Of a DNA stretch of 64,000 bases, positions 42,515 through 55,654 are shown one piece after another. Under the pieces are notes generated by a model. The model worked only from the letters and a program-made list of their open reading frames with translations, did no database searches and had not been told where the DNA came from. Position 1 is the first letter of the stretch, and each line of letters begins with the position of its first letter. The stretch is from assembly GCA_965153455.1 (NCBI GenBank), contig OZ234493.1:1550001-1614000 (forward strand), read 5' to 3'. The position numbers were made by a program, and so were the translations under genes. Source of the stretch: Sphagnum compactum. Taxonomy: Eukaryota.

Positions 42515-42840
42515 AAAGTTCAACACAAATCTCTTGTAGTAGTCTCCAAGCTCACATAGCAATACAAGGTTCAATGCAAAGCTCAATGCAAACCTCTTGT
42601 AATAGTTTCCAAGTTCACATAGCAACACGAAACTCATTTCCAAGTTCATGCAACAACACGAAGCCCAATACAAACTTCCTATAATAGTCTTCAAGTTCAC
42701 ATAACAACATGAAACTCATATGCAACCTCACACAACAACATGAAGTTCAATAAAAACCTCCTATAACAATTTCCAAGGTCACATATCAACATGCAGCTGA
42801 ACACAAAGCTCTTGTAATAGTTTCTAAACTCACAAACAAC
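42515..42840. repeat. Degenerate tandem repeat (CTCTTGTAATAGTTTCCAAGTTCACATAGCAAC-like core, about 5 copies)
   Basis: The core motif recurs near 42530, 42594, 42678, 42758 and 42809 with variable spacers. Confidence 0.7.
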
Positions 42841-45800
42841 GCAAACCAAAGTTGTAGCTTGAAATGCAAGAATAAAACAAAGCTTGTTGGAACAAAGTGA
42901 GATAGATTTGAAAACACAAGGCAATGAAATGACAATACAAAAAATCATAAGTTTCAAAAGACCACAAGCTTTACATACAATTGTTGCAAACAAGAAAGAT
43001 TGAAAAGGCTTGACAACAACATAAAGCTTAACAAAAACAAAAAGAACTTTGCTTTCTTTCTTTGTCCTTAAACCCTAAACCTTAGTTTTGACACTTAATT
43101 CATATCTCGTACCCTACTTGTTGTAACCAAAGAATATGGTTATCTACAAGCTACTAATGTCTTTACAAATATGATTATGATACGGTTACCCACCTAAAAG
43201 ACATCTGCTAGTGGTGTGTAGGGCTTGGTTAGGGAAAAACATGCAAAGTCTGGATATGACTTTATTCATATCCAATGAATGTGCATGTTCATTGGAAAAT
43301 GCATGTTTTATGTTTCAATTCCTATCAAGATTTTCAAATTGAAATAAATTCTACAATTCTTTTCTTTGATTTACAATATATATTACTTCATTTTAAGCAA
43401 GACAATAAACATATCTGTAATTCTAAATTAAAAGAAACTGAAGAACTTATGAAAAAATTCATTTGATTCAATGATAACAATCATAATTCTTATTACAATC
43501 ATCATTAGTTTCTAAGTACATGGTCATCTATACTTATATACAAAAATAGAAATAAAAACTAATGACCAATAACTAACCAGTAAAAAGATAACCGATAAAA
43601 TGATTGAAAAATGTATTGAAAAATGTAACAATTATGTACAACTATAGATCTAAAAGCTCTGAATGACAACTACAAATCACAAATCAAGCCTTAACATGTT
43701 AAGACAAATCAAACCTTTTTGTTTTTGGAAGAACCTGGTTCCAGTTATGTGTGGAACCAACCAGAACTGGAACCGTCCTAATTTAGGAGAACCGGATTCC
43801 CAGTTCCATTTAGTTTTTGTAGTAGAACCGAAACTGGCGGTTCTTCATAAAAGCAAAGAACACCCAACACCGGTTCCTTAGTTCTTACTTGCCAAGGCTG
43901 GTACCCCTCCCCCCCTCCCCCCCCAACCTAAAAATGCAGGCTAGTGACAATGATGAGACATGTATGTAAAACCTAACCTAGGGCAGGGCTTGGGGGGTGG
44001 GAAGTGGTATGGTTAAGGTACTAAGTACACTAGGAAGTGGCGAAATCTATTTTGAAGTGGAAGGACTTGAATCAATAATGAGAGGGTCCTTTACTGCCAT
44101 GTCCCCCAAATCCTAATATGGTATCTTTTTGAACTGCCATTCATAATTGTGCCATGTGCACACCCCCCAATGGGTGGGAAGGAAGGGGGGAAAAGGGGCC
44201 CGGAGTTGGGGGGAGGGAGGGGTGTGTGTTGTTCTTTGGTCATGTTCTCAGCTTACACTAGGTCATCAGTTTCATGTACCCCCCCCCCCCCCTCAACAAC
44301 CTTCTATAATTGAGTCTCTCATGCACCCCACGTGGTGGTGCCCTTCAGATTACAAGATGGAAACCAAATAGCATTACTGGAACACCAAAGCATTAAGGGC
44401 TATGGCTCGTTTACCTACTGGCAACCATGTGCTTGGAACCTTAGTTTAAGTAACTACCTCTCTGAGTCAACAGTCAAGACCTAGCCTGCTGCTTTGGGGG
44501 TCGTCCTAGAAAAGACTCTAATAACTGGGTTTAATTTTAGTGCTGTAGGTGAGAAGAAAGAAAGAGCAAACATTCATCATCATTAAGTCTCACATAAAAA
44601 AAGAGATTACTAAAGAAATAAAAATCAATGTTGAATGCAACTCAATCCAACTATCAATTAGGTGCTAGAAACTTGCATGCAAGGCATCCTACTTATATCT
44701 ATTTGATCCCTATCTTTTTCAATAGCATAAGATTGGGGGGGAGGTGTGTGTCAAATGGTGATTAATGCTGTGCATATCATCCATGATTTAAAGTTGGATT
44801 ATGCTCTCTATCATCAAGGGTGAAACTTTGAAAACCCTAATCTTGTTTTGGTGCTTATTTCATGATTATTTTGTTGATTACTACAACTCAAATGCTTTTT
44901 TTGGGGTAGTCAGATTGTTTTCTATTCGTTTAGAGTGGTGCTTAAAAGGATACAAGTCCATTGATATTAAACCAAACCCTCTCACTTATAGTAAAGTCCC
45001 TTCACTCTCTGCAAGGAGAAGGTGTTCATAAGGGTGACCTTTGAATGAGTTGGTGATTCAATAATCGGTCCAGTTAGATATGGCCGAGTGGACATTTGGA
45101 TTATTTCTTCTCAAAATAATCAATTTTTAATGCAAGAATAATCAGAAGATAATCAACCTTTGAACCCCCCTCCCCTTGGGGTGAACCAGGACCCACATTG
45201 GGTACCGTAGCAAAAAACTCCATTTAAATTATTTCACAGAACTAGACTAAATCAGGTTCTCTAAGTCCAAATTTAACATTTTTGGGGCTTAATCTGGCCA
45301 CCAAGAGGCCACACTCAAAAAGGTAAAGGTCCCATAGTGGGTGCTGGTTCACCTTCTCCTGTCACCCCTCTCTTCCGAACTTGCAAACAAGCAGAATCTC
45401 TTGTACCTGCTGTCAGTGATTGGGGAAAAATCAGTTCAGGTTCCATGAGGGACAAGACAAGCAACCACTAGGTAGATAGAACCCAGAAAAGAACAAAATA
45501 TGGGAAAAAAAACGAAGAAGAAGAGAAAAGCACCCAAGCTGTGGAGATGATGGATGGATTAGGTACAGAGTTTAGTTTCACCAGACCCATGCATGTATCA
45601 ACCACCCCAAACCTGAAACATGTTGTTTATTGATCAATCCATAAGTGGGCCCTGTGCATTGGAGCGAAGTTGGGGGAGGCGAGGGGGATCATGGACAGTT
45701 GAGGATCGTCTGTATACTAGACAGGATCTTGTGATCCTTCAAGGTGAACAGGTTTTGCTTGCTCGACCTGTGTGAGTTGCTCATACAAATAAGTGATGGT

Positions 45801-47844
45801 TGCTGGTTGATACTCGCAGGTTGACAAAATGAATATAAACTGCGGTTGTGAAACCCTAGTCTTATCGTGGTGCAGAACCAAGTTGTATAGTGGTCCTTTG
45901 GACTAGAGGTAGTCGTGTCGTGGTACTTTGCGCGGATGGTGTGACTCAGCACTAGAGGCATGCAATTTTTTTCAATATAACATAGCATTATGTATAAGCA
46001 GACAAGCAGACTGGCTATGTTCAGTTTTTGTTTACTCGAATCTTATTATTAATCTTGTCAACCACCAGCCTATGCATCTTGTCAGAAGCCAAGAGTGTCT
46101 TTGTTTTTTTTTTTGGGGGGATAATTTAGATAAGTTTTGTAAATGACAATTTTTTGGTTCTCTTTTTCTTAACAAAACCATGAAGTGCTATTCCAAGAGC
46201 AACAAGTGCACTCACTCCATGACTTAAACAGATAACACAGAAAGTATGACATTGACTCTGACATTGTAATGTTTTTTTGGGACATTATAATGAGTCTTGG
46301 AGTCAGGCTCAGGAAAACTCTCTTCACCCATTTAACCATTTTAGACCTTTTTTTTTCTGTAATTATAAACCTTGCATGAGGTTTGTCACATGAGGTTCTG
46401 AATCTAGGTCTGAACCAGTGTTGTTGTCTGGTTCCAAATTTTCAAAAGAACGTCTGGGCCTGGGCCCGGTTTTAACTTTTTTTCTTTTTCTAAATTTGAA
46501 AACATCACCATGTTCTTGTCCAAGGAATTTTTTTAATGGCATTTCATGTCATCATGATGGCTGACACCAATGTCAAACTACAGTTACATATCAGATATAT
46601 TTTATGATGATGTGGATGATGTGCATAAACACATGGTTTACCTCACACATGTGTCATGAGCCAAGGCTTTCTGGCCTGCCAAAATCATACACTTTTTTAA
46701 AGATTGTAATTATGGAGGGAGGCAACTGTGAAAAGAATAGTGAAACAAGACCAAACAAAAAAAAACCCATTAGAAACCGTCAAAATTTATTAACCACGTG
46801 TCCACATGATTTCACTTGGACCACTGTGACAACTGAAAATTTCCATTTTGCTTATTATCAGGTTCCTTAAATGGGGCATCCCATGGCCATTTATTCGGTT
46901 CATGGGTTCTCTTCCTTTTAAAAAAATTCAAAACCGTATCGCCATGCTAGCTGCTAATGTGTCCTACATGTTAAAGTTGAATCCTATAATTGAGTTAATT
47001 GTTTGATTCCGCATGATAATTTCCAGTGTTGTTCAATTCCTGATTTTGAAACGAGCCTTTGGTTTTGATTTTTAGTTTATTTTGGAGCTTTATCTTGGTT
47101 TGAGAGAACTCTGGTATGATTTTGGAGAACAATATTTTGAATTTTAAGAACATTTGGTTTTGGAGCACTTCTGAAAAAAATTAGGAGCCTAGTTTGCCAT
47201 TATATCCAATACTTACTTGCAATCCAAACAAATAGTATGATTTCTGATACAAGATTGTTCAAACAAAATACCATGAAGAGAGTCTTCATCTATGATTTCA
47301 TTTGAAGTTGGATACTATGTGGAGTGGAAGAGGGCAACATATATCAGAACAATTTTTGGCATTTGCTATATTCATTGCCAAATGATTTCATTGTTTGAGA
47401 TTTATCAAGTGTGAATCTCCATTTCTTTCATTTTACAATACTAATGTTTAGTGCTTCCTCATCACTGAAGTGTCCAAGGAAATTGTTTTTAGGTCAAATG
47501 AAGGGTGAAATCTTGAGATCCTCTATGAAATGAAAGGCCAAAGACAAAATTAACCATCACACACACACCCTCCCACAAGGTTGGCAGTGCCCTTTTTAAA
47601 ACTACCCACTGCAGGATGAAGTGGAGAGAGGTAAGTTCAAAACCCCCATAACTTAGTACTTCTTTCTTCACCTTTCCTTCTTCTATTTTCCTTTCAATTT
47701 AAGCATAAGAGAGAACTCCTAAATTCACTCATAACCCAACCAAAATAAAATGAAAATCAAAAGCTTCTTTCAGTCGGTACTTCAGCCACCACTTTCTTCA
47801 CATCAATTCCCTTGTGTCTGCTGCCACCAGATTCATTGATTCCT

Positions 47845-49500
47845 GGAACAGTCCTAGTTAGAGGTACACCTGGGCTTCTTTAGGGTCTCTTAGTGGAAAC
47901 CCAAGACTCACTCATATCTACATATGTTGCTCTAACTGGAACTGTTCCAGTTAGAGGGCGAAACCCACCTTTTCGCCCACCTTTCGGTAGAGTTTCTTGG
48001 GCAAGGAATAAGACATTTACGGTAGATAGGCCGGTGAGTAAGCACTCTAGAGAGTTATTTTTTCAGTTTTTGAAGCAAACTAAAGTAAACTGGCCCATCA
48101 TCGAACATCAGTCTATCATCGAACATTTTGGCAGATCTTTCTCAATTCAATTCTTCTTCATTTTGAGTGATTTAAAATGTTATAGGAGCACCTTCTCAAG
48201 CTTTACAAATCAGCTTTGAAATGCAAAGCCAAAGGAGCAGCCAAAAAAGAGCGATAAAAAGAATATGTTTTTTTGAATCACAAAACATGCTTTTCCTTCA
48301 TTTTTTTTTCATTTTGATCCTTCCTATTTCATCAATACATAATTTTCTCATTTTATGTTCAAATTGAGCAATTTAAATTGCTATGAAATCGCCATCTTAA
48401 AGCTTTGCAAATCATCTTGTAACTCTAAAGGCAACATAGTAATATTTAAAGATTTTCTGATGGGTTCGGAAATCGGCTATGAGCTGTTTGATTGAGATTT
48501 TTTTTGTAAAAACGAACCTCCTATTTCAAAGGATCGTAAGTTTATTGCCTCTAATCCATTTTTGCCGATTTTTAGTGTGATACATGTGCAAAGAGAAAGG
48601 CTTCATCTATTCTTTGAACACCATAAACAATCGACCTTCCTGCAAAAATGACAAGAAACCTTAGCTTAAATGTACTATGATTAGCCTTTCTACCCTATCA
48701 CTCATACTCTTCCTGTATTTCCTGCATTGCTCCTTTACTTTTGTCATTCAAAAAACATTTGGAGCCCTCCAGTTCGTCGGTCCAATTACACAAAAATCAC
48801 TCAATTTAGTTCAGGAATGAGGAAAATATTAAAAATTGTTCAATAATCAATACATGTTTCATGATGGGTTATTCTACCATACATGCAAAATTTTGGCTCT
48901 TGGGTAACACCCAGACTCGTCTTGACACCTCCACACTCACACTTCCGACCATGCTCCTTACTAAACACTTAAACTACCTGCACATAGCAAGCTATAGGTT
49001 AGTTTCAGCATTCATATTTGTCCTGTAACCTAAGGCTAACCTCGACTTTTAGACAGGTGAGATTCAACCCAATGTGGACTTTCAAAGTGGTTCAAAGCCT
49101 CATCGCATGGGATTACCATCTCCTATCTCATAGCCGAATCGCATATTTATGTCTAATCCAAGGACTTAGCATGCCAAACGTATCTCCTTGGGCCTTGTTC
49201 TCAGATCCTCACTTGTCGACACACCTATACGATTCATTCATTAGTGTTGTCAAACTGAGCGTTGAACCCAGCCTAACACTTAGACTCATAACCAGTCTGC
49301 CATGGGGCCACACCACGATGGTCCAGACTGAGGCCCCGACTAGATGAATCCACTCACTTGAGAGTCCCCTTAGCAAGGCATGTCATTGGTGCTCTCTCCC
49401 TCTCTTCATGGTTTTGGGATGGGTTTCAGAAACTGACTTTGAACTAATCTATCTTAGACCCTGAAGTAGTAGTCCTGGGTACCTCTAACTGGACTGTGCC
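47845..49500. mobile_element. ~1.65-kb element with long imperfect TIRs and a probable nested element (~48019-48694)
   Basis: Left GGAACAGTCCTAGTTAGAGGTACACC...AGGGTCT vs reverse complement of the right end GGCACAGTCCAGTTAGAGGTACCC...AGGGTCT; internal palindrome at 47930-47956; nested inverted ends GGTAGATAGGC / GCCTTTCTACC. Confidence 0.68.
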
Positions 49501-49678
49501 CAAGACAAAAGAATGGCCCAACACCCAACATCCTAAAAAAAAGAAAAGCCTTTGATTGCAAGACACAAATTTTATAATTGTTATGGATAATGGGGTAAGT
49601 ACTAAAAGTACTTCTCAGTTATTTTTCACTGCACACCCCTTTTGGGAGTGCTGTTCGGCAAATTGGGTAAGCACCTAC

Positions 49679-49687
49679 CTATATATG
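49679..49687 (+). promoter_or_regulatory. Candidate TATA box of the pectate lyase gene
   Basis: CTATATATG about 430 bp upstream of the ATG, followed by pyrimidine-rich leader-like sequence; TSS unknown. Confidence 0.4.
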
Positions 49688-50083
49688 CTTTCTGTAAACC
49701 CACTGCCTTTCAACTCAGGTTTCAGTTGCAGTCTGTGGGTGGACGGGGCTGGGAGAGGGGAGACTCTCAAACTCAAAACACTGGAGAGCTTAATCGAAGC
49801 ACACACTGGACTAAGTGGGCTTGTTGTGTTTGTTCCCCCTCCAGAGTCCAGACTCGAGCTTTCCTCAGGACCCCAGCTCCAGTCTCTTTCCTTTGATTGC
49901 AGTCTTTGGCTGCCGTCTGGTGTGTTTGTTTGTGTGTTGTAGTTTTTGTATTTTTGTTTTCCTTGGGATCGCAGCTCCACTCTCTTTGCAGTCGTTCTCT
50001 CTTTGTTTGAAATGCTTGTTTGTGTTCAAGCATTGCAGTAGTGCTTTGTGAGCTGCTGCGTCTCGAGGAGAGGAGAGGCGAGT

Positions 50084-50105
50084 GGGGGGGGGGGGGGGGG
50101 GGGGG
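50084..50105 (+). repeat. Poly-G tract (G22), 8 nt upstream of the pectate lyase ATG
   Basis: 22 consecutive G followed by CAACCAAA-ATG. Confidence 0.9.
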
Positions 50106-50113
50106 CAACCAAA

Positions 50114-52299
50114 ATGGCGTGCATATCATCATCAGCATGGCAGCAGCAAGCAGTCGTGGTCCTCTTTGTCATTGCTGTGGCAGCTTCACAATGCGGAGCA
50201 GTGAGACATATGGGTACTGCTCCTTCTGTTGTGAAACTCTCGGAGCATAATCTCCCAGGCACCACCCAAGTGGAGGACTCACGAGCAGCAGGACACGCCC
50301 TTGCCAATGCCAAGAACACAGTTCAGCTTACTGCTGCTGCCGACGACAGGTACCATGACATTGGCATTGTTGTCGTGTTTGAGGTCGCCCCATTGATCAC
50401 GCAATTCATCTTCTTCTATATCTGTTCCCATTCTCTCTTGGAACGTTCCTGCAGCTCGCTCGCCCGCAAGCTCTTTGATCAGCTCTCTCTCTCTTAGTCC
50501 CCTGAACTTAGATGATAACCACAGAATAACTCTCTTAGTCCGAGAGAGTTTTCTCTTGCCTTCTTCTTCTTCGTCTCAAATAGATGACATGAAGCAGCTG
50601 GAGAAGAAGAAGAAGACTGTGAGAGAAACTGGATCAAATGGGTCTCAGCTTCTTCGCATGATCACAACTGCTGCACATTTTGCAAGATATTGAGCTCGCC
50701 AGAAGTGGATGTGAAGTATAGCTTGTTTCTCTCTAGCATCTCTAAAGGAGGAGGAGAGAGAGATCTTTGTGCGGTACTAAACTGTGCAATGCGGATATGA
50801 TGGGTTGTTGCTGCTGCATTGTAGTGTGATGGGCGTGAGCACAAACTACACCAGGCGAGTGTTGGCGGGCTGTGGAACTGGCAACCCAATCGACGACTGC
50901 TGGCGGTGCGACCCAGACTGGGCGAGCCACAGACAGAGCCTGGCAGATTGCGCAATCGGATTCGGGAGAAACGCAGTAGGAGGACAGAACGGACAAATCT
51001 ACATCGTTACAGACAACAGCGACGACGACGTCGTGAACCCAACTCCAGGGACACTGCGGTGGGGCGCCATACAAGACGAGCCGCTGTGGATCATCTTCCA
51101 GCAAGACATGCTGATCGAGCTGAAAGAGGAGCTGATCATGAACAGTTTCAAGACCTTGGACGGAAGAGGCGCGAACGTACACATAGCAGGACGTGCTTGC
51201 TTGACGATCCAGTTCGTTTCCAACATCATCGTGCACGGGATCCACATTCACGATTGCGTTTCTACGGGACCTGCCACGATACGCAGCACTCCGGAGCATG
51301 TCGGGAACAGAGGAACCACAGACGGAGATGGCATCAACGTCTTCGGATCCAATAATATCTGGATCGATCACAACTACTTCGCTAACTGCGCTGACGGTCT
51401 CACTGATGTCATTGAAGGCTCCACCGCCATCACCATCTCCAACAACTACTTCACTAACCATGACAAGGTTATGCTCCTTGGCGCTCATCCTCAGGATACC
51501 TTCGACAAAAACATGGAGGTCACTGTTGCCTTCAACCATTTCGGTGCCAACCTGGTCCAACGCATGCCAAGGTAAAGTGTGGAGGAGCTGCTTTGTACCT
51601 CCATTCTTGTCTCTTCTTTCTTTCTTTCTTCTTTTTCTTGCTTTTTTGTTTGTTGTGACCAGTGCAATGGTTGTGGTATTGAGCCATCTTTTTGTTCCTG
51701 TCGAGTTCTTTGTTTGTTTTTGCGTCTTCTTGAACTTGCACTTTTTGCTGTTGAGTTCTTGTCTGTTCTTGCTTCTTCTTCTTTGTGGGTACCTGGCCAC
51801 TTTGTGTCTTCTGATGTATGGTGCTTTGCAATCGCTTCTGATGTGTGGTGCTTTGCGATGATTCTTCTGATGTGTGGTGTTTTGCAATTGCTTCTGATGT
51901 GTTGAGCTTTCGGTCAATGGGGTGCACGGGACTTGCAGATGTCGATTTGGGTATTTCCATGTGGTGAACAATTACTACTACTCATGGGGGACTTATGCAG
52001 TTGGTGGAAGTGAGAATCCGACCATCAACAGCGAGGGAAACTACTTCATTGCACCAAGTGGAGCTCCCTTCAAGGAGGTGACAAAGCGCCTGGAGGACGA
52101 TGGAACCCAGAGTATAGCTGATTGGGAGTCATGGAACTGGCGAAGTGCCGGCGACATTTTCATCAATGGTGCTTACTTCACTCCCTCAGGTGTCAACTCC
52201 AATGATGCCACTTTCTATGCCAAGGCTACTAGCTTCTCTGCTCGACCAGCCTCCATGGTCGGTGTGATGACCAATGATGCTGGTCCTCTCATGCTTTGA
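50114..52299 (+). CDS. Pectate lyase (polysaccharide lyase family 1), secreted; join(50114..50349,50825..51571,51939..52299), 447 aa
   Basis: Exon 1 has an ATG in AAAATGGC context and a hydrophobic signal peptide ([16 protein letters not shown]). Both introns are GT-AG, phase 2, and rejoin in frame (AG|gtacc..tgtag|T; AG|gtaaag..tgcag|A). Family motifs: [67 protein letters not shown], catalytic RMPRCRFG spanning intron 2, YAVGGS, WNWRS. Spliced length 1344 nt, ending TGA. Confidence 0.96.
51808..51904 (+). repeat. Intronic tandem repeat, about 3.5 x 27-29 bp
   Basis: CTTCTGATGTRTGGTGYTTTGC units at 51808, 51835, 51864 and 51891 (partial), in pectate lyase intron 2. Confidence 0.9.
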
Positions 52300-53783
52300 T
52301 CATGGCACCAAGTGATCCCGATCATGTCTTGTGGCTGGCTTCCCTTGATTGATGAAAGTGGTTACTTTCAATCTGTGTCGATGATTGTCTTGTCGTTGGC
52401 TTTAGTGAAGCAAGTAGTAAAGTTTGGAAATCGCCCCTCCATTCAGAGTTTTACTTGCAACAACCGACCCCAAGAGCAATATGTTGCTTTGTAAACCTCA
52501 GAGAATTCCATCTGGGAGATTGCATAAGACTTCATTTTACTCACCATTTTCCAGATCTTTCTTGGATAATTTGCATTGGAAAGCGAGTGCCTGATTCTGA
52601 GGTCATGCTTGGATGTGGCCCGAAAATTCGGTACTGTATTGTATGATTTTACATGTAGGGAAGAAACAAGTAGTTGTTAGGGACTTGAAGCTTTATTTTA
52701 TGGCAATCTTTTTCCTTCTTTGAGCCATCACTTCAATTGCAAAAGCACTTGCAATTTCAAGGTGATAATCTAAGTTCTTTCTTGTGAGGAAAAAAAAGAG
52801 GCAATTTGCATCTCTACTGCATGTTGTGAATTGACCTGAAAACCAATAAAGCAATAGATTGAACTCTTGTGGTTACAGTCTTCTTTTCTCTGCTTTTGTT
52901 TTGCATTCTCCCCTGCAGAGCAAACCTTGTAACCCAAATCCATTGAGCACTCAATCTTCCTGTCATGATGTACAATTTGCTTTCTCCAGCATCAACACCA
53001 GAACTTGAAAGTGTGCACTAGAGGATCTTTAATCCTCCAGTTCTTTCCATTTGGATGGTAAACACAATTTTCATCATCAATGCACGCATCAAAAATTAAT
53101 TCTCCAAACTGACTAACCGGACCTTCAAATGACTGACCCGTCAATTAATTATTACTGACTTTGTTCTGTTTGCTTTGAAATTCAAAAAAACTTCCTTAAT
53201 CGATAGACCATTACTCTCCTTCACATGCTGGATCTGGTTTAGGGTTTAGCTCTTCTGATTGATTATATATTGAATCACAAATAAATTGTCCTGCACTACA
53301 CTGCAGTGGCAATCATACATGTATCAAAAGTGTACATAGTTTTTTTTTACTTATCTCAAAATGGCCACAGTGCAGCAATGAGAGAAACTCGAAAGCTACC
53401 ATCATTGTTGACTGCAGTTGACATAATGATGCGTACACTATTAAAGAACCTCTGAAAAGGGTGGAGGTTGTGAGTAAAGCACAGACACACAATCTCAGTT
53501 GTAAGTTCCTTCAACTAAAACAAATGGTGGGGGTGTTTATGTCTTAGGGAAGTCTTCTTCCCAAGGTCCTCACTATGTTTGAGGGTGGATGAGCAAGGCT
53601 CTTAGAAGGAGGCCTAAGTTCTTCAGCCCAACTATAGAGTGGGTGTCAAGGGAAGAAGCCTTCCTCGGAGTGATGCTTAAATTTATAATCAGAGATGGGG
53701 ACAATTGCCAGAAGGGCCTTTTGCAAATGGAAGGAACAAGAACTGAAACACATCCATTATGTGCCAGAAGGTACCTCAGATAA

Positions 53784-54091
53784 CACTGGCCTTGCCATTT
53801 CCGATGAAAAGTATCTTAAGGCAAAAGAAGAATTATACAAATTCAAGTATTTCACCATGTAAAAGTATAATCTTCAAAAAAGTCCTCTAAAAGAAACCAA
53901 AATCACTAAAGATATCATAACTCTATAACTAATCTCAAGTTTCAACACAAGCCCAAATATCATCTTTCAAAAATCCTCATATAATAAAAATAGACCTATT
54001 ATTATTACCTAGGGGCCAAAATCCCTTAAGCTACTATACTCTACCACTGAATCTAAACACAATGTCCTTGCCTTGGTAGGCAACGCCAACA
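53784..54091. repeat. Dispersed ~300-bp repeat (MITE-like), copy 2, inverted relative to copy 1
   Basis: Collinear reverse-complement match to 4357-4652 (e.g. ATAAAAATAGACCTATTATTATTACCTAGGGGCCAAAATCC). Confidence 0.85.
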
Positions 54092-55654
54092 GGCCTACTC
54101 CTTTGTTAGTAACAGTACATTACGAGTTATGTGAGGCCCCAGGGTGGGCCCTAGGGGCATTCCTGCAACAAATCAAGGGCCTAGGACAAGGCCATAACCA
54201 CATTGGGCCCCACATTTGGGGAATGTTTCCCACCCTTGGGCCTTACTCATCGTAAAGCACAAGGTGAACACTATGATGACAAAAACATATGTAGATCCTG
54301 AAGTGATAGGAGTTATGGGAGACTTGGTGCAAGTGCGGGAGTTGTACATGAGGCCACTTGTAAGGTGCCTCCTCCTTTTGAGGAAGTAATTAAGGATGCC
54401 CTCCAATTACACTAAGAAATTGCTCTGAGTACTTTGGGGCACAAAAATAGGAGTCACACATGAATCACTCATAGAGTCACATGAAGCACCCCGTTCACAG
54501 TATGTTGCTTGCTCCTTCAGGTAACAGGCAGTGTACTCTTGCTCTGAATGTGATCATGATGCCAGACTCTCATTTCATGCCCATTAATCAACACGTTTGG
54601 TAAATATATAACAATCTCTGCCCCAATTTAACCTACTCATGGTGACTTCTTACTACTCGAACTTGAGCTCCATATTGAAATGTATTTGATGAAACCCTAC
54701 CAAACTTAATAGAAAGAAAGCACCCAAGAAAGGGAGAGAAAAGGAAACAAGGGGCAAGGACCGAACCCCAGGCAAGCAAACAGCCCAACAAAGGCGGGCC
54801 ACAAGGGCATGTAATATAGTATTGAGTGGCCAGGGTTTGACTGATTCTGGCTCCTAAAGACCAAAGGAGCGCACCATGTTCCATATATCCTCTTCCTTCC
54901 TGTAACTTACCCTTTTCTCTAAAGCTCTTGAGATGGCTTCTTTGTCCAATTTGCTTTAAGATTTAGAAATATTTCAATGATACAATTCTTAGGCTGAACC
55001 CAAGAACTCAATGTCTAAACAACACCATGCATTAGCCACCTCTATCTGAAAGTTCTGGGGCTTGGGCCTTAGTGTCAAGCCAACAGAACCAACTTTGAAC
55101 TTTCAGCCCATAGCAATAATCCAGAAAATCATAAAATGAAAAATTCTAAAATGTCCAAGTGGAAGTGATGGAAATGTTGAACATTCACCTATCTATTGAC
55201 GAGATTTGTGAACACAAAATATAAACATTTTTATAAGCAATCACCCTCTCCAATCAATCAATCCACTTGACAAGTTTTGTCTTTTGTATAAGTCAAATTG
55301 ATTGCTTTGATGATTATTTTAAAGATGTCATCCTTGATGCTCTATATGCATCAACATTGTCATCAGTGTTTTTGTTTTCATATTCTTCAAGTAGGGTGGA
55401 TGGTTACAATATATGTGTAGTGGTATGCAAGGGTGGGGGGTTTTTTTTTGGGTAGGTAAATCTAGTTGGTTACACATAGAATCTTTTCTCTAGATGTGGC
55501 TATTTTGAATAGTGTACAAAAAATAAAAGCCCTAAGTTCACAAAATAAAATTGTGAAATTTTAATGGAATAAAGTTTATACAAATACACAATAATATATT
55601 TAAAATAAAGTGATTCATTAGCATACATTGAGAGGGCTTAACAAGGAACAATAG

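Noticed and set aside
38577..43213. Possible CACTA element (CACTAGCA...TGCTAGTG) enclosing the hAT fossil
   Set aside because: Only an 8-bp match, and the 3-bp flanks differ (TTA vs GTG).
935..49942. The many 60-140-aa ORFs in the intergenic region
   Set aside because: Low-complexity or AT-biased translations, often with non-ATG starts and no domain motifs, apart from the TE fragments listed above.
50784..50824. ORF-track start of the 263-aa pectate lyase ORF, and similar extensions at 50048, 51922, 62665 and 63240
   Set aside because: These are non-ATG starts or intronic read-through; the splice sites give a coherent in-frame model.
50742..51971. 409-aa antisense ORF overlapping the pectate lyase
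   Set aside because: It mirrors a GC3-rich exon plus a T-rich intron (giving K/Q/R low complexity), starts at a non-ATG codon and has no recognisable domain; a typical antisense shadow.
53236..53250. Short TTTAGGG/AAACCCTA motifs, also near 22323 and 43069
   Set aside because: Two units or fewer; too short to call interstitial telomere arrays and not tied to a visible promoter.
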